A DNA stretch of 49,682 bases. It comes from Bugula neritina. Lineage: Eukaryota > Animalia > Bryozoa. Below are positions 1-13,785 of this stretch, one piece after another. Position numbers and translations under genes: made by a program. Location of the stretch: assembly GCA_964035545.1 (NCBI GenBank), contig CAXIUT010000221.1, forward strand, positions 27,141-76,822, given 5' to 3'. A model generated the notes under the pieces. The model ran no database searches. It had not been told where the DNA came from and saw only the letters and a list, made by a program, of their open reading frames with translations. How positions within the stretch are numbered: position 1 is the first letter of the stretch; every line of letters begins with the position of its first letter.

Positions 1-94
1 CCAACCCCAACCCCAACCCCAACCCCAACCCCAACCCCAAACCCCAACCCCAACCCCAACCCAAACCCCAACCCCAACCCCAACCCCAACCCCC
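1..94 (+). repeat. Left telomere (CCCCAA)n
   Basis: About 15 tandem CCCCAA units at the very start, with one CCCCAAA and one CCCAAA variant. This is the Tetrahymena-type G4T2 ciliate telomere repeat. Confidence 0.98.
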
Positions 95-118
95 TTTTTT
101 ATTATAATTTATATATAT

Positions 119-2254
119 TCAATTCAAAAAAAATTACTACATAACATCATTGATAATAGTATTAATATTATTTCATAAAAAGATATACTCAGATAAAGGT
201 TATTAATCATAGATCTTCCCCAATAAAATTATTAGCTCTCTTTTATTCAACAAATACTGTCTTCTATTGACTTATTTTTTCACTAGCAACCTGCCCTCGA
301 ACAAAAGTCTGCGGCTGCCCTTCCTCCCTCGAGATAAACAAATTGATATTATTGTTTATATACCACATTTCCTCCCAACCTCGCAGTCTAAACTAATTTA
401 TCATTATGCCCACCACCCAGCCGTTCAAAAAACCTATGGATCGATATTCTACTACACTTTATGACCCTTCAACTCGAGACCTGAAAACTTGATGGTATTT
501 CCCAGTACATTTGCTTACGACTGAGTTCGATTCTTTTGGTAGGCAATGATTTCTTTTTCCTCTAGTTAATGATTTTATGATGACCCTGACCTTAAGAATG
601 TTTCGTCTATTACTATATCGATCGAGGTCGACTCAATAGATCTTAACTGATGATAGCTTTGCCATGGAGCTAGCTAAGATTCAATTTCAATTTTTATTAT
701 TTTCTTTTACCAAATTTCTTAGAAGCATATTTGTTCTTACATTTGCGTTATGCAGCTGAGGAATATCGATTGTTGTTCTTGATGATAGCGATGGTCTTTG
801 GATTTGTTTGCCATCACTCGTTTCTATCCTTTTATGACCATGAGAATAATTTCTGATTTTGTTGTTGCGGGTGATCGATTGCAACCTATATCGTTTTGTT
901 TGGCTGGTCTAATTCCATTATATGGGGTAATGGCATCTATCTGTGTGTTTTTGAGGTGGAATCCATCTGTACGTTTACTTTGTCTGCCGGTATGCGGATC
1001 ATTATAGGCGAACTGCCTGGATTTTTTGAGTTATAAGTGCTTTTTGGTTTTGACAAAGGCTTCAACACCTTGAAGAAACCTGTTACCTACTCATCTTAGG
1101 GATGGTTTGCTTGTCCAATCCGTGAAATCTGTCATGTACTGTGATTATTTGGTTCAAGATGGGTGCTTATGCAGGCATAAAAGAATACGCTATCTCTAAA
1201 CTACGAGAGAGCCAGTGCTAGGAATCGAGTACATCATGCGAATCACAATTTTTTTGTTTCTATATAAATCGAGTTTAAGTGGAATAGCAATAAAGACTAA
1301 TAGCAAGATACGTTATTTTCTCTATAACTTAATTATTAGTAACCTATGGATCTAAATCATCGAACTAACCAAGATCGAAAGGCACCAATTGTATCTAATC
1401 CAATATTTTATTTTTATATATCCATAGATGCTAGGCTCTTTATTCAGGCAGATATAGCTGCTATATTTAAAATCTATGCGAAACAAATCCATATTTTCTG
1501 GTTACCTGAGTCTGCTCCTCTAGAATAGACAATTTTTATTTCTGGATGAAGGCCAATTTGAAATCTTTTGTATTAGTCAATAAATGATTAATCAAACTGA
1601 TACTATTCATTATGTTTTTACCCTACTTAAGAGTTATTTATTGGTTCTATTGCTTTTGATAATTTCCTAGTAGCCAACATCTAATTTAGTGCCTGATGTA
1701 ATTTGGCCAATAGTTCATAGAGGAGGTTGTAGTTTATTTTTGATGAGTTTTTTGCATGTTAGAGAGCCAAATCATGTCTTGATATTATATAAGGTACTTG
1801 CCTAGCTATGAATATAAGATGCAAATTTGTAACTATAGTTTGCCTAATATGCTTTAGTATTTTATAACGTTGCATATCTTTGCTTCGTGAGCCGAGAAGC
1901 TTCAGGACCGACTTCTTTCAATCTACATCATAATATAATTACTTGGGAATAGCTAATGAAAATTATTCATTGGCTTCTTATAAGAAACCAACTTGGTAGT
2001 AGAGAATGCCTAAGTTGATGAGAACTAGTAGACAGAAATTTGGATTTTTGACTCCTTGCATATTATCTTTAAGTGCTCTTAAGAGGTTGATACATTCGAG
2101 CTTTATCCCTTGCCTAGTAGTCTTTCAACTTCTTATAAAATTTTGATAGCTTAGGCATCTGAAATAGTATTTTTGTTTTGGAGCTAGTTCTATTGTTTTT
2201 AGAATCAGATCTATTTTATTATTTGCCCTATGCTTTATTATCACTAGCCTGCAT
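119..2254 (-). CDS. TPR-like helical-repeat protein, probably ciliate-specific (several indels; C-terminus approximate)
   Basis: With TAR=Glu: ATG 2254; TPR-like segments LVLINLGILYYQVGFLEEAN and ILYSELGK^HDLALEHAKNS; later EKITYLAISLYCYSTETRF..SEHWLSRSLEIAYSFMPAEAPILNQII. 20-nt introns at 1923-1942 and 1778-1797. The last open frame ends at TGA 119-121. Confidence 0.55.
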
Positions 2255-2425
2255 TTATATTAAATTTATTATACTAATAATAATCCATAAATAAATCTCC
2301 AACATATGAACAATCTTTAATAATTTAATTTCCCATAAAATCAAAATTATTAATCCTAATTAACACATCTAAAAATAAAGGAGAAAATACCCCAATTAAA
2401 AATATCAGCTATAATTTTATATCAA

Positions 2426-4406
2426 ATGTTGACCAAATTCTCATCACTCCAGCCCTTCCTCTCTCCCCTACCTAACATCGCTATTCATATTTCTTCTCAA
2501 AAACACAACCAGCACTCTCATCTTCCTAATTTCTTGCCCGCACTCGCAACGTAGCCATCATCGCTCACGTCGACCACGGCAAGACAACACTCGTTGACTC
2601 TCTATTTCGCTATTCCGGCATCAATTTTTAGACAGAATGCGCCATGGATTCAAATCAGCTAGAACGAGAGAAAGGCATCACTATTTTGTATGATATGCAT
2701 TATGTAGATCGAAGTGTACAAGTGTCGACTATGATAATCACAATAATCAATATTGTCGATACCCCAGGACATCAGATTTCGGCGGATAGGTATAAAGAAT
2801 CATGGATATGGTCGATGGCGTCTGTCTGGTCGTCTGCGCCCACTGAAGGACCAATGACTCAAACCAAATTTGTCTAAAGAAAGCTCTAGAACAGCAAGTT
2901 AAACCTCTAGTTGTTATTAATAAAATAGATAGACCTACTGCTCTCGTACTTCTGAAGTGATTAATGAAGTTTTCTAGATGTTTTGTGATTTGAATTGCCC
3001 TGATGATTACTTAGATTATCCTATCTACTACAGTTCTGGAAGAAATGGGTGGGCTGTATAAAATCTTAAAGATTAACGAGTTAATATTTAATGTATATTA
3101 AAAGGAATAGTTAAACATGTGCATAGCCTAAAGTTAATTCATAGAATGCTTTTTCTATGCTTGTTACTCAAACCCAACCCAACAACTTTCATGGTAAATT
3201 ACTTTTAGGCAAAATCAATTCTGGATAGTTGTATTTAGGTAAATAGGTTAAAGTATTCGACAGGATTCGAAGCAAATCGATAGTGGCAAAATAACTAAAA
3301 TTATCAAGAAAACAGGATTGATTTAATATGATATTGACAGGGCTTATGCTGGTGACATAGTTATGGTAGCTGGAGTAACCCAAATCGATGGTAACACATA
3401 CTCTTGTGTAAGAAGGATTTTCTTCTAAAACAATTCCTTCACTTAAAATTGACTAGCCTTTGATGGGAGTGTCAGTTAGTGTAAATACATCACCTTTGGC
3501 TGGCAAGTAAGGATCGAAATATTCACTAAACGATTTGAAGTTGCGATTCAAGTAGTAAGCATAAAACGATGTGGCTTTGACTGTTGACGGACAGGGGAAG
3601 AGTGCGATACAGGTGCGTGGACGTGGGGATTTGTAAGAATATAGATATATAGACATATTGGCATTTTGTTGTAGAAGTTGAGAAGGGAAGGATATTAGTT
3701 TTCTGTAACTCCTCCTTAAATTATCTTCAAGAAAGATCCTAAAACTGGATTGCAGATGGAACCTATCGAAAAAATATCATTTTAAGTTTAAGATAGATTT
3801 TCTAACCTAATTATGGATAAAATGAACAATAGAAAAGGTGTCTATCTCAGTAGTTAACCTTTTAACGATCGAATGAGATTTTAATTCATCTGTTCTACTC
3901 GAGCACTCATTGGCATTCGAACTGAACTGCTCAACTAGACTCAGGGAACCGCTTTGATACGTTCATCGTTTCATGAGTATAAACCTTACCAAGGTCCATT
4001 GCGTAGAAACAACAAAGGAGCAATTATTAGCATGACTGATGGCATGACTACTCCATACATCTTGAAATAATTCTAGAAATTTGGAACACTTTTCATCAGA
4101 CCAGGAATGGTAGTCTACAACGGATTGGTTATCGGCTAAAACAACAAATAAGAAGATCTTGAGGTGAATCCAACCAAAGAGAAGAAGGTGACAAATGTTC
4201 GCACTCATTCTCATGATGAAAAGATCAACTTAGTCCCTCCTAAGTTGATGTCAATCGAAGAGGCGATTTGCTACATCAGAGAAGATGAGTTGCTGTAGGT
4301 GACGCCAAAGGAGGTGAGAATTAGAAAGAAGGAGTTATAAAAAAATGGAAGAGATCGTGTGCGGAGGGAGAGGAAGAGTCAACTGAAGAATTTCACAAGT
4401 ATGTGA
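2426..4406 (+). CDS. typA: TypA/BipA translational GTPase, probably organelle (mitochondrion) targeted
   Basis: [32 protein letters not shown]^[36 protein letters not shown]^HIGILLEKLRREGYEF and C-terminal [27 protein letters not shown]. Two 20-nt introns and several compensating 1-nt indels. Confidence 0.93.
2688..2707 (+). other. 20-nt spliceosomal intron in typA
   Basis: GTATGATATGCATTATGTAG; removal restores conserved GITIL-SKCT. Confidence 0.85.
3633..3652 (+). other. 20-nt spliceosomal intron in typA
   Basis: GTAAGAATATAGATATATAG; removal restores conserved GRGDLHIGIL. Confidence 0.9.
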
Positions 4407-4536
4407 TATTTTGTAGATAGTTGTTTTTGTAATTTTTAATAGATTCTTTTTTAGAATGCCGTTTTATATATGAAGTTTGACTCTTTAAAAGTAATATATA
4501 GTTATTTACTATTATTCTACAAAAAATATATAAACA

Positions 4537-5156
4537 ATGAGAGCAAGAAGTTGTGCCCTACACTCATAGACGGAATAGTAATTCATCGAGGTAGCTATTT
4601 ATCTATTCAGCTTGCTTAGGCATCCATGAATACTACTGGATTGTTTTACGATGAAAAACTTAACAAAAAAGTAATGAAATCGTTTACTAATATCACCTCT
4701 GATCTTTCCATTTAGAACAATTCGAAGTAATCAAACAAAATCAAATCGAAATAAACAAAAGATTTATACTGTGATTTTGATTTCAGTCCTGAATTGGAAG
4801 AGAGTCGATAGTAAAAGAAATAGTTAGAAAGAAAGAATCCTTCGATGATCAGTCAAAATAATATAGCTATTATAACTAACTACATCGCTCAAACTACCTC
4901 AGGATTAGCTATGTTGTTTGGTCTACAAGAAATGGATGGAGGTCGCTAGCGTAAAATCAACTTGTTGATAAAACAAAAAGATCGAATAATAACTAAATAC
5001 TGGATTCTTTCTAAGGAAGCACTCAAAAATCAAGATCCACTGGTTTAACTCTACCTCAAACGATGCTCACAATTCTTTGATATCGACATGCCAAATGAAT
5101 CCAGAACAAGATAGACTATGAAAACATGCGTTTTAAAAAAAGAGTTGTTAATTTGA
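4537..5156 (+). CDS. Hypothetical protein (~200 aa)
   Basis: ATG 4537 follows an AT-rich spacer. The frame is open to TGA 5154-5156 after removing a 20-nt intron at 4591-4610. No recognisable domain. Confidence 0.55.
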
Positions 5157-5215
5157 ACTAAATGATGTATATACTTTGTAAATATTTTGATATTAATAAT
5201 AAAACTCAAGTATAA

Positions 5216-5980
5216 TCATTTCAAATAATTCCTTATTATTTTCATTTTGCTCTAATATCGATTAACTGACCCAATATTCAGTAACTTTAGTTCCCCTCGA
5301 CTTAAAATTATGATCCTTTCTTGCCCCAAATAATTACTATTCTACTATGGGTCTAATAATAAAGGCGTCATAATCGAAATCACATGGTTTAGGTTCCATG
5401 GGAGCTGCTGATGAATTTTGAGATGTATAAGTCATAGTTGGTGTTCTTTTTATTTGGTTGATGTTCTATGTATTGAGTGATTGGGTCAGAAATAAAGGAG
5501 TGCTATTGTTTTGTCTTTTTTTTAGGATTTTTGTTGGTTTTTATGGGATTGGAGATCTGTTTGGTTAGATTGGTTCTTTGAGATACTATCTCTTTATGAT
5601 TCTATTTCTTATTTGTTTCTTTGAATTTTGATTTATTTTTTAGTATGGTTAAAGATTTGAATTATTTCTTTATACTTTTGCATATTTATTCATAACAAGG
5701 TTATAACTTTGAAATTACACACAAGAATTAACTTTCATACTATATTGATTTCTTTTTTCCATCTTTTTATCACATTATTCTAATTTCTTCAGACTTCTAC
5801 TATCTTGTCCGATAGGTTTCAAATAATGATCTCTAAATGATAGATCTTTTTGTGTACTACTCGAAGCATGAGGAGATGGTGATATCGATTGATAAAAGAA
5901 ATCGGCTGTGTTGATTTTATTTATGATATTTTAGCTATAGTTAGTGAAGGATTGAAGTTATGTTATTTTTTAGTCTGCAT
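5216..5980 (-). CDS. Hypothetical K/S/N-rich protein
   Basis: ATG 5980 (MQTKKEHNFNPSL...), C-terminus ...VNRYESKMKIIRNYLK-TGA. Coding-like composition between AT-rich spacers; internal indels likely. Confidence 0.45.
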
Positions 5981-6050
5981 TATGAGTAATAAATATAAAG
6001 AAGTAGTGATTTCTTTATTAACTTTATTATTTCTTGAGAATAATACAATA

Positions 6051-7746
<1,696 letters not shown>

Positions 7747-7839
7747 TTTTTTAGAGTATATAGATAATAAGTATAAATAATAAACTCATGGATTATTATA
7801 GTCGATATTAAGTTTTTAATTTGAGGTAATATATTGTTG

Positions 7840-8975
7840 ATGAGTTTTTGGAGCAAGTTGGTGGAGAATAAAGCGATTGGTGCAGCTGTAGCTTTCGTTG
7901 GTGTAGGAGGAGCAGTGTTGTGGTATATTTTTATTCATGCAGGGCTTATAAAAAGTATCAAGAGGAGCAGGAACCTTTTATTGAGGAAGAAGATGTGCCT
8001 AAATCTAAATCTAAAGGAAAGAAGATGTTTTCTATTGAAGAGGAACTTGCTAAATTGAAAAATACTATTAATGTTGATGATCCTTCAGTTGAAGATATTA
8101 AAAAAGTTTTGACTCTTCTTGCGAATTACATAAAAGATAAGACACTTACTATCTCTGATCAATTTAAAGAATAGAGAAGAAAGAAATTTCCCCATGAAAA
8201 ACGATTTAGCCAAATGGGAGATTATTACAGATTTACTAATGAAGGTTTGACTCATCTTCAAACCACCATTATGAATCTACAAAAATAACAAACTCAACTT
8301 CTAGGACAAGTTGGACTCAGTCAAGCAGTTATAGCTAAACATGCAGCAGCTTTAGGTCCTTTTATGCAATAACTTGTCTTTTCAAATGATGTTACTGTAG
8401 AACAAGTAAGACAAAATTTACAAATAAAAACATAGTATCTTCAAATTCATGGTCAAAAAATCGTTGAGGGGTTGATCGAGTTAGCTACTTCTCTCAGTAT
8501 GCATTAAAAACAAAATCTTGCATTGTTTCTAAATGTTATTATCAGTGATTAGGCTTTTGAACATGAACCAGCACTTGATAAGTAAGAATTCGATATGGCT
8601 TATGGTATTTTTATTCTATTTATAGAAAAATATAAAAATCAAATTACACCTGAATTGATCCAGATGGAGAAGGTGTTGGTCCCTTTGATGGGAGAGTTGC
8701 AATCTGCTTTAGTTGGAGATAATATGGGAGCAATGGAGGGTTTAACGGCTATAATGCTTCTCCTGAAGACATGCCTCAGATGCCCATGATGCCTGGAATG
8801 CAAGGAGATATGGGCGGTATGGGCATGGGCGGCATGGGTATGGGCGGCATGGGAGGAATGGAAGGAGGAATGACTGAATAGATGGTAATGCAACAACTAT
8901 AAACAACTGAGAATGACTGATCCCCAAGCATATGAACAATTGATGGCCATGATGCAGGCTCAAATGGGAGGTTGA
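7840..8975 (+). CDS. N-terminally membrane-anchored helical protein with a Gly/Met-rich C-terminus
   Basis: MSFWSKLVENKAIGAAVAFVGVGGAVLW^AYKKYQEE gives one TM segment followed by basic residues. C-terminus GGMGMGGMGMGGMGGMEGGMTEEMVMQQLEQLRMTDPQAYEQLMAMMQAQMGG. Introns at 7923-7942 (20 nt) and probably 8605-8625 (21 nt). Confidence 0.75.
7923..7942 (+). other. 20-nt intron
   Basis: GTATATTTTTATTCATGCAG; removal joins the TM exon in frame with the long downstream ORF. Confidence 0.8.
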
Positions 8976-9022
8976 TAAAGATGATTATTATTGTATTATT
9001 AATAATATATCACTATGATCTA

Positions 9023-10123
9023 TCACTTAGAAGTCCAATCTTTAATATCTGAATTTGATATTTTCACTAATGGTTATTTTAGGTTTTCTGATAGTTTACA
9101 ACTAATGAATGCCTTTGGTCCAATCTGTCCTGTAGCATATACGATGAATTCTTGTTTGGGATGTAACCTGCAAGCAGTGACGGCACCAATGGTTGAGGTA
9201 GATGATGAATAGGTTTGTCCTTTGTTTTTTTTTGATAAGGTTATAAGTTGCTAGATCTTATGTTCCTCCAACAACCAAGAAAGTTTAATAACTACTAAAT
9301 CCTAGATCAACTGCATTGACTTGTCCATAGAGTTCTTTTCTGGTGCTGACATTTTTTTGCGATCGGCTCACCATCGCATCTGAAAATTGAAATGTTTCAT
9401 AGTTTTTACTTGAAAGATATAGTTGCACATCGACCATCACAAGTACCTAGTGTAATTTTACGATAATCTCCTCCTAATATTCTACAACAGTTGAATTTAG
9501 AAAACCTTTATATTGAAACTTTTGTATAGTCTCCTGCATTTGAAGGAAATTTGACATTCGGTAAGTTTTTAACAGTTACTACATAGATAGTGCTCTCAGC
9601 TGATCCAATTAACAAGTAAGGGTAGTCAAAACTAGTAGTATGGTCTTCAAGGGAAGATTTATTTCAGCTTGAGGCCTACCATTTGTCTGATCAAGTGTCC
9701 AAAACTTAACCAAGTTGTCGTAACCTAAACTCATCAAACAGTTCTTCTATTTCAACCAATAAACCCCACAGATAGGAGCATCATGAGCTCCGATTCTTAC
9801 TAACTAGCTATTTTGCAAGCTGATAGCTGCGATATCTCCAGTAGCCATTCCAACAAAGAGAATATTATCTGAAGTGATATCACAACAAAGTACAGGATGT
9901 TGTAGAAACATACTCAAGCTTTTTCTACATCGATTGTACTAGTTGACGAGCTGCTATGGTTAACTTTGGCGATGTAGTAGCGAACATATCCGTCCCAGGA
10001 GGTGGCAATGAAGCAGGGATCGCTTTTGTAGGGGTCCCAGATGAGAGAGCTGACTGTATCTAGAGGTTGATCTTTGTCTCTGGGTCTGGATTATTGACCA
10101 CTTCTGCTGCCATATCCGTACAT
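9023..10123 (-). CDS. RAE1: Rae1/Gle2 (Rae1-Bub3 family) WD40 mRNA export factor
   Basis: DQPLDTVSSLIW, FIATSWDGYVRYY, HPVLCCD, IGAHDAPICGVYW, LGYDNLVKFW and C-terminal YATG.DWTKG, which matches the Rae1 YA.GYDWSKG motif. Some indels. Confidence 0.8.
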
Positions 10124-10213
10124 GCCGCCTTATTTCAAAAAATATTATAAAATCAATGACTAGCAATAAAATAACAATAGATAGGTTTTCAATTCTCAAA
10201 TAGATCATTTTGA

Positions 10214-11715
10214 TCAATATTTTTGAATACTTTAAACCAAAATCTTATTTCTTTTACAAATTTAACTAATATACGAATAAAAGTTCATGATTACTATATT
10301 TCTAAATGATATTTCATGGTCCAAATATCAACATAAATACTCTTTCTAGTTCCTACCACCAATACTAAATACTTAATATATTATTTTAGATAACAAGATA
10401 TATGTTAATGTATGAAGATAATATCATAACTGATATGTTCCTCCACTGAAAAATATAATAACACCCGGATGAAACGGAATACTGATATTTCTTGTTTATT
10501 CTGGCACCAAAGGCAAAACAATTTAATTTTACCTGATCTATCTTCGATTTCTTTATTGAGTGTCAGATTAATTTGATTTCTAATTCTACTTTAAGATCTA
10601 TTCTATAAATATCGCTCGCTTTTACCCGGATTTATCTTTTTTCGCTTATCCAACAATAAATTAAACCTATTTTTTAATGCATTTTAAGTCCGACCAGAAA
10701 ATAACTGCTTTATTGCCGACCACCTCTTCCTACAATCACTATCCAACACAATTCTCAACACTTGCCATCTTATTCTCTCTACCAAGGCCCCTTCTTAATT
10801 CTAGGATCAACATAACAACTCCAATGCTCCCTACACTGCTTAGCCGTCCGATATATCTTCTTCTATTCAGTTAGATCATATAATTTCTAAGCAACCGTCT
10901 TCAGTTGACAACCTCTAACTCCTTAATATACTAAATCATACTTAACAATATTCAAAAGAAGCAGCTATTCTTCTTTGTTCCATTTATGCTGGGCCAATTT
11001 GAATTTTTTTAGACTGATAAATTTGAACATGCATGTCCTGGGGGTCGATCCTGGAATCATCGATGATATTTTGATCCAGTCTTCTTATGACTATAATTTA
11101 GAAGTAAAATACGAGTGATTGATGGGTAGAAAGGCCATATTTTTACATGTATTTAGATAAAAGCCAAACAAGTATTTCTAGATCGTCATTATTCCAATTT
11201 TTTTTAAGTTTATTATTTTTGATAATTCTAGATTAAACTATAAATAACTTGTTCAGCCTGTCTTCCATTCTTTCCATGATCACCTAACAAGATTTTCGCC
11301 CTACTTTGACTTCTTTACAATGACTACTAATAGCATCAATAATTGGAGTATGCTGAAGCGATCCCAATGAACTAACGAAGAGTTTTGCCTGCTGATGACT
11401 TACCAGCAATTGTTGGTAGATCTAAGCAGCTGAGTGAATAGAACATTACTTAGGAATTAGAATTGCACAGACTGATTGGAATCTACTTACGAGACATTGT
11501 TTTAGTTTTAAACTAGCATTGTTCTCACTCTGTCTATAAATAATTATTATTGTTTTATTTTTTTGATAACACTATTTCCCATCTTCAACACCTTCAAATC
11601 AATTGAGTAGTATCATTTTGATATCTATGCTTAGTTGGAACAATTCTTCCTTAACTCTTTGGTTTTTAATGCCGATATAATTAAAACGGAGTTGTAACAA
11701 ATTTATTTTAGCCAT
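10214..11715 (-). CDS. Myb-repeat DNA-binding protein (3' end approximate)
   Basis: WIKISSMIPGSTPRTCMFKF, HKWT.EEE.LL, RTAKQCREHWSCYVDPRIKKGPWEREED and WSAIKQLFSGRTENALKNRFN are tandem Myb repeats. Probable 22-nt intron at 11091-11112; indels. Confidence 0.8.
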
Positions 11716-12339
11716 TTTATTTATGTTGATTTATAATATAAGTTTGGTCTGCTTAAGATAGCCGACATAATTTGGATTTCTTTACTCTTTATCTTCTAAC
11801 ATACGCTGCACTTACTCTTATGTGACAGTTCTATCCTTTAGTGCTTTTTAAAGAAACCGCTGATTTTTTTGAATTTCATCTCATGGAACATCTTCCATCT
11901 CCAACAGACAAATCAAAGCAACTAAAACAGATAAAACAAAACTGAATCGAAGATTCTCAGTTGATATTTTATTATTTACGAGAGTCAGCAGCGGCTCATA
12001 CTAATTGTCATGATGAATCATTTTCCACTTCTAGAAAAATAATATGATAAAGTTTAGAAGCAGAAAAAGAATCACCTTATAAACACCTTGAAAAATTGAC
12101 TAAATTATAGGTAATACTCTAGGATCATTCTCGATGATGATAACTTCATGATGATCTTTACTGGTTGAGTAGTTTAGCCAAAATTCCAAAAACCCCTCTC
12201 TTTATCTCCAAATCTAATCCCAAAAGAGAAGTGTGGCATTCTATTTCATATTTAATTTAAAAAATCAAAAAAAGAACATAAATATCAAGATAACTAATAT
12301 CATATCAAATGGTACTAACATGATTCTAACAATATAAAT

Positions 12340-13733
12340 ATGACTGTCGTTGGTGATAGCGGTAGTGGTATAAAACATATCATTAGCCATGTACTGCCGA
12401 ATACACTAGCTAAACTGCTTAATAATACGATTATTCTTATCAATTTATGGTGGTCGCAGAAAAATTAATCAATGGCAGTAGGCATGGGATTTGCCACTTT
12501 GCTATCATTTGTCTGCGGGTATCTGCTGATTATTAGTCTGAACCTCGGCTTGACTTTTTAAATTAGCAGGAAACGAAATGATCCTGTTCTCGTTGGAATT
12601 TTCTATCAAAGAGCATTATTGGTCAACTTCCTCTTCTGCGCCTTCTTTATTACCCCTCTCCTATATGTTTCAGAAAGTATTGTAGGACTGTTTAGCTCTA
12701 TTATTCCGGAATTGAAGCAGGAACAGGCAGAAATAGGTAACTATCTATATCAACTTGTTCCATCTATCTGGGCTTTTGCTTATTATGACACTACTCAGAC
12801 TTTTTTGCAGGTTCAGGGGAGAATGAAAGGGCCACTGATCGTGCAATCAATCGCATTGGTTGGACATCTCTTGCTAATTGACGAGTTAGGACCAGCGTGG
12901 TCTAAAAATATAGTGGACTTCTTTAGTTCTATAGCTATATATTTATATATCGAGTATTTTTAGAAAAACTTTCCAAGTTGGATCGAATGGACAATAAAAT
13001 GTATAAAAGGTTGGCAAAAACACATAAAATTTCTATAAATAGTAGGTTTCGCTACCTACTCACACGCCCTATTCTTCTTTTTCTTCTCTCTACTGGGCTA
13101 TAAACTCCAAAGATAAGAACTAATCTGCCATATCTTCTATATAAACATCTACCAAGTAGTATATATAAGTTTCATAGGCGTACAATAAGGTTCCATGTTC
13201 AAAATCGCTCAACAGACAAATCAAACCACTACACAGTGTATCGCTAAGTCGGATACGAATCGATAAAGATATGTTGCTGTGTTGGCATTTTCTTATATCG
13301 CTGATGCATTACTACAAATCAGAAATACATACGACTTTTATGTACATCTCTAGTCCTGACTCGACAGACGGATACTTTACTTCTTCTTTGAGCGATTCTT
13401 CAATATTCCATGACAATTTCTACCTGCTAGTTTTGGCCATCTTCATCTAGTCATTTAAATTTAGTATTTCGTCGTTGATCAAAGCCCTCAACAAGCAGCA
13501 TTCTATCATAAGTAACTTTGTATTTATACATAGAAAATAATTCTTTTTTTTATTTATTGACTTATAGTCTGTGTTATCTATTTGGCTATGTTTTATAGAT
13601 GGGTTTGAAGGGGTTATGGTACGGATGGGTTTCGGGTTTATTTTTGAGTGGATTTACGCATGGCTATAAAATATTTTTTGGAGATAATCGGCCAAAGACA
13701 TTCAAAGACATGCGCTAATCTATAAAGCATTGA
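12340..13733 (+). CDS. MATE (MatE) family multidrug efflux transporter (ends approximate)
   Basis: Many hydrophobic helices; VGMGFATLL..ISLNLGLTFEISR, VGIFYQRALLV, LVPSIWAFAYYDTTQTFLQVQG and GLKGLWYG fit the MATE pattern. Probable 22-nt intron at 13512-13533. Confidence 0.75.
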
Positions 13734-13785
13734 TGATATATAAGATATATAAGAGCAAATATTGTATAAATCAAATTATAATAAA

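Noticed and set aside
35-66. Paramecium-like mixed telomere repeats (CCCAAA, CCCCAAA)
   Set aside because: Only two variants, both in homopolymers at the error-prone end, and the right telomere is perfect GGGGTT.
11760-12300. A separate gene or an N-terminal extension of the MATE transporter
   Set aside because: Composition is coding-like, but no consistent frame or motif could be recovered in this indel-rich zone.
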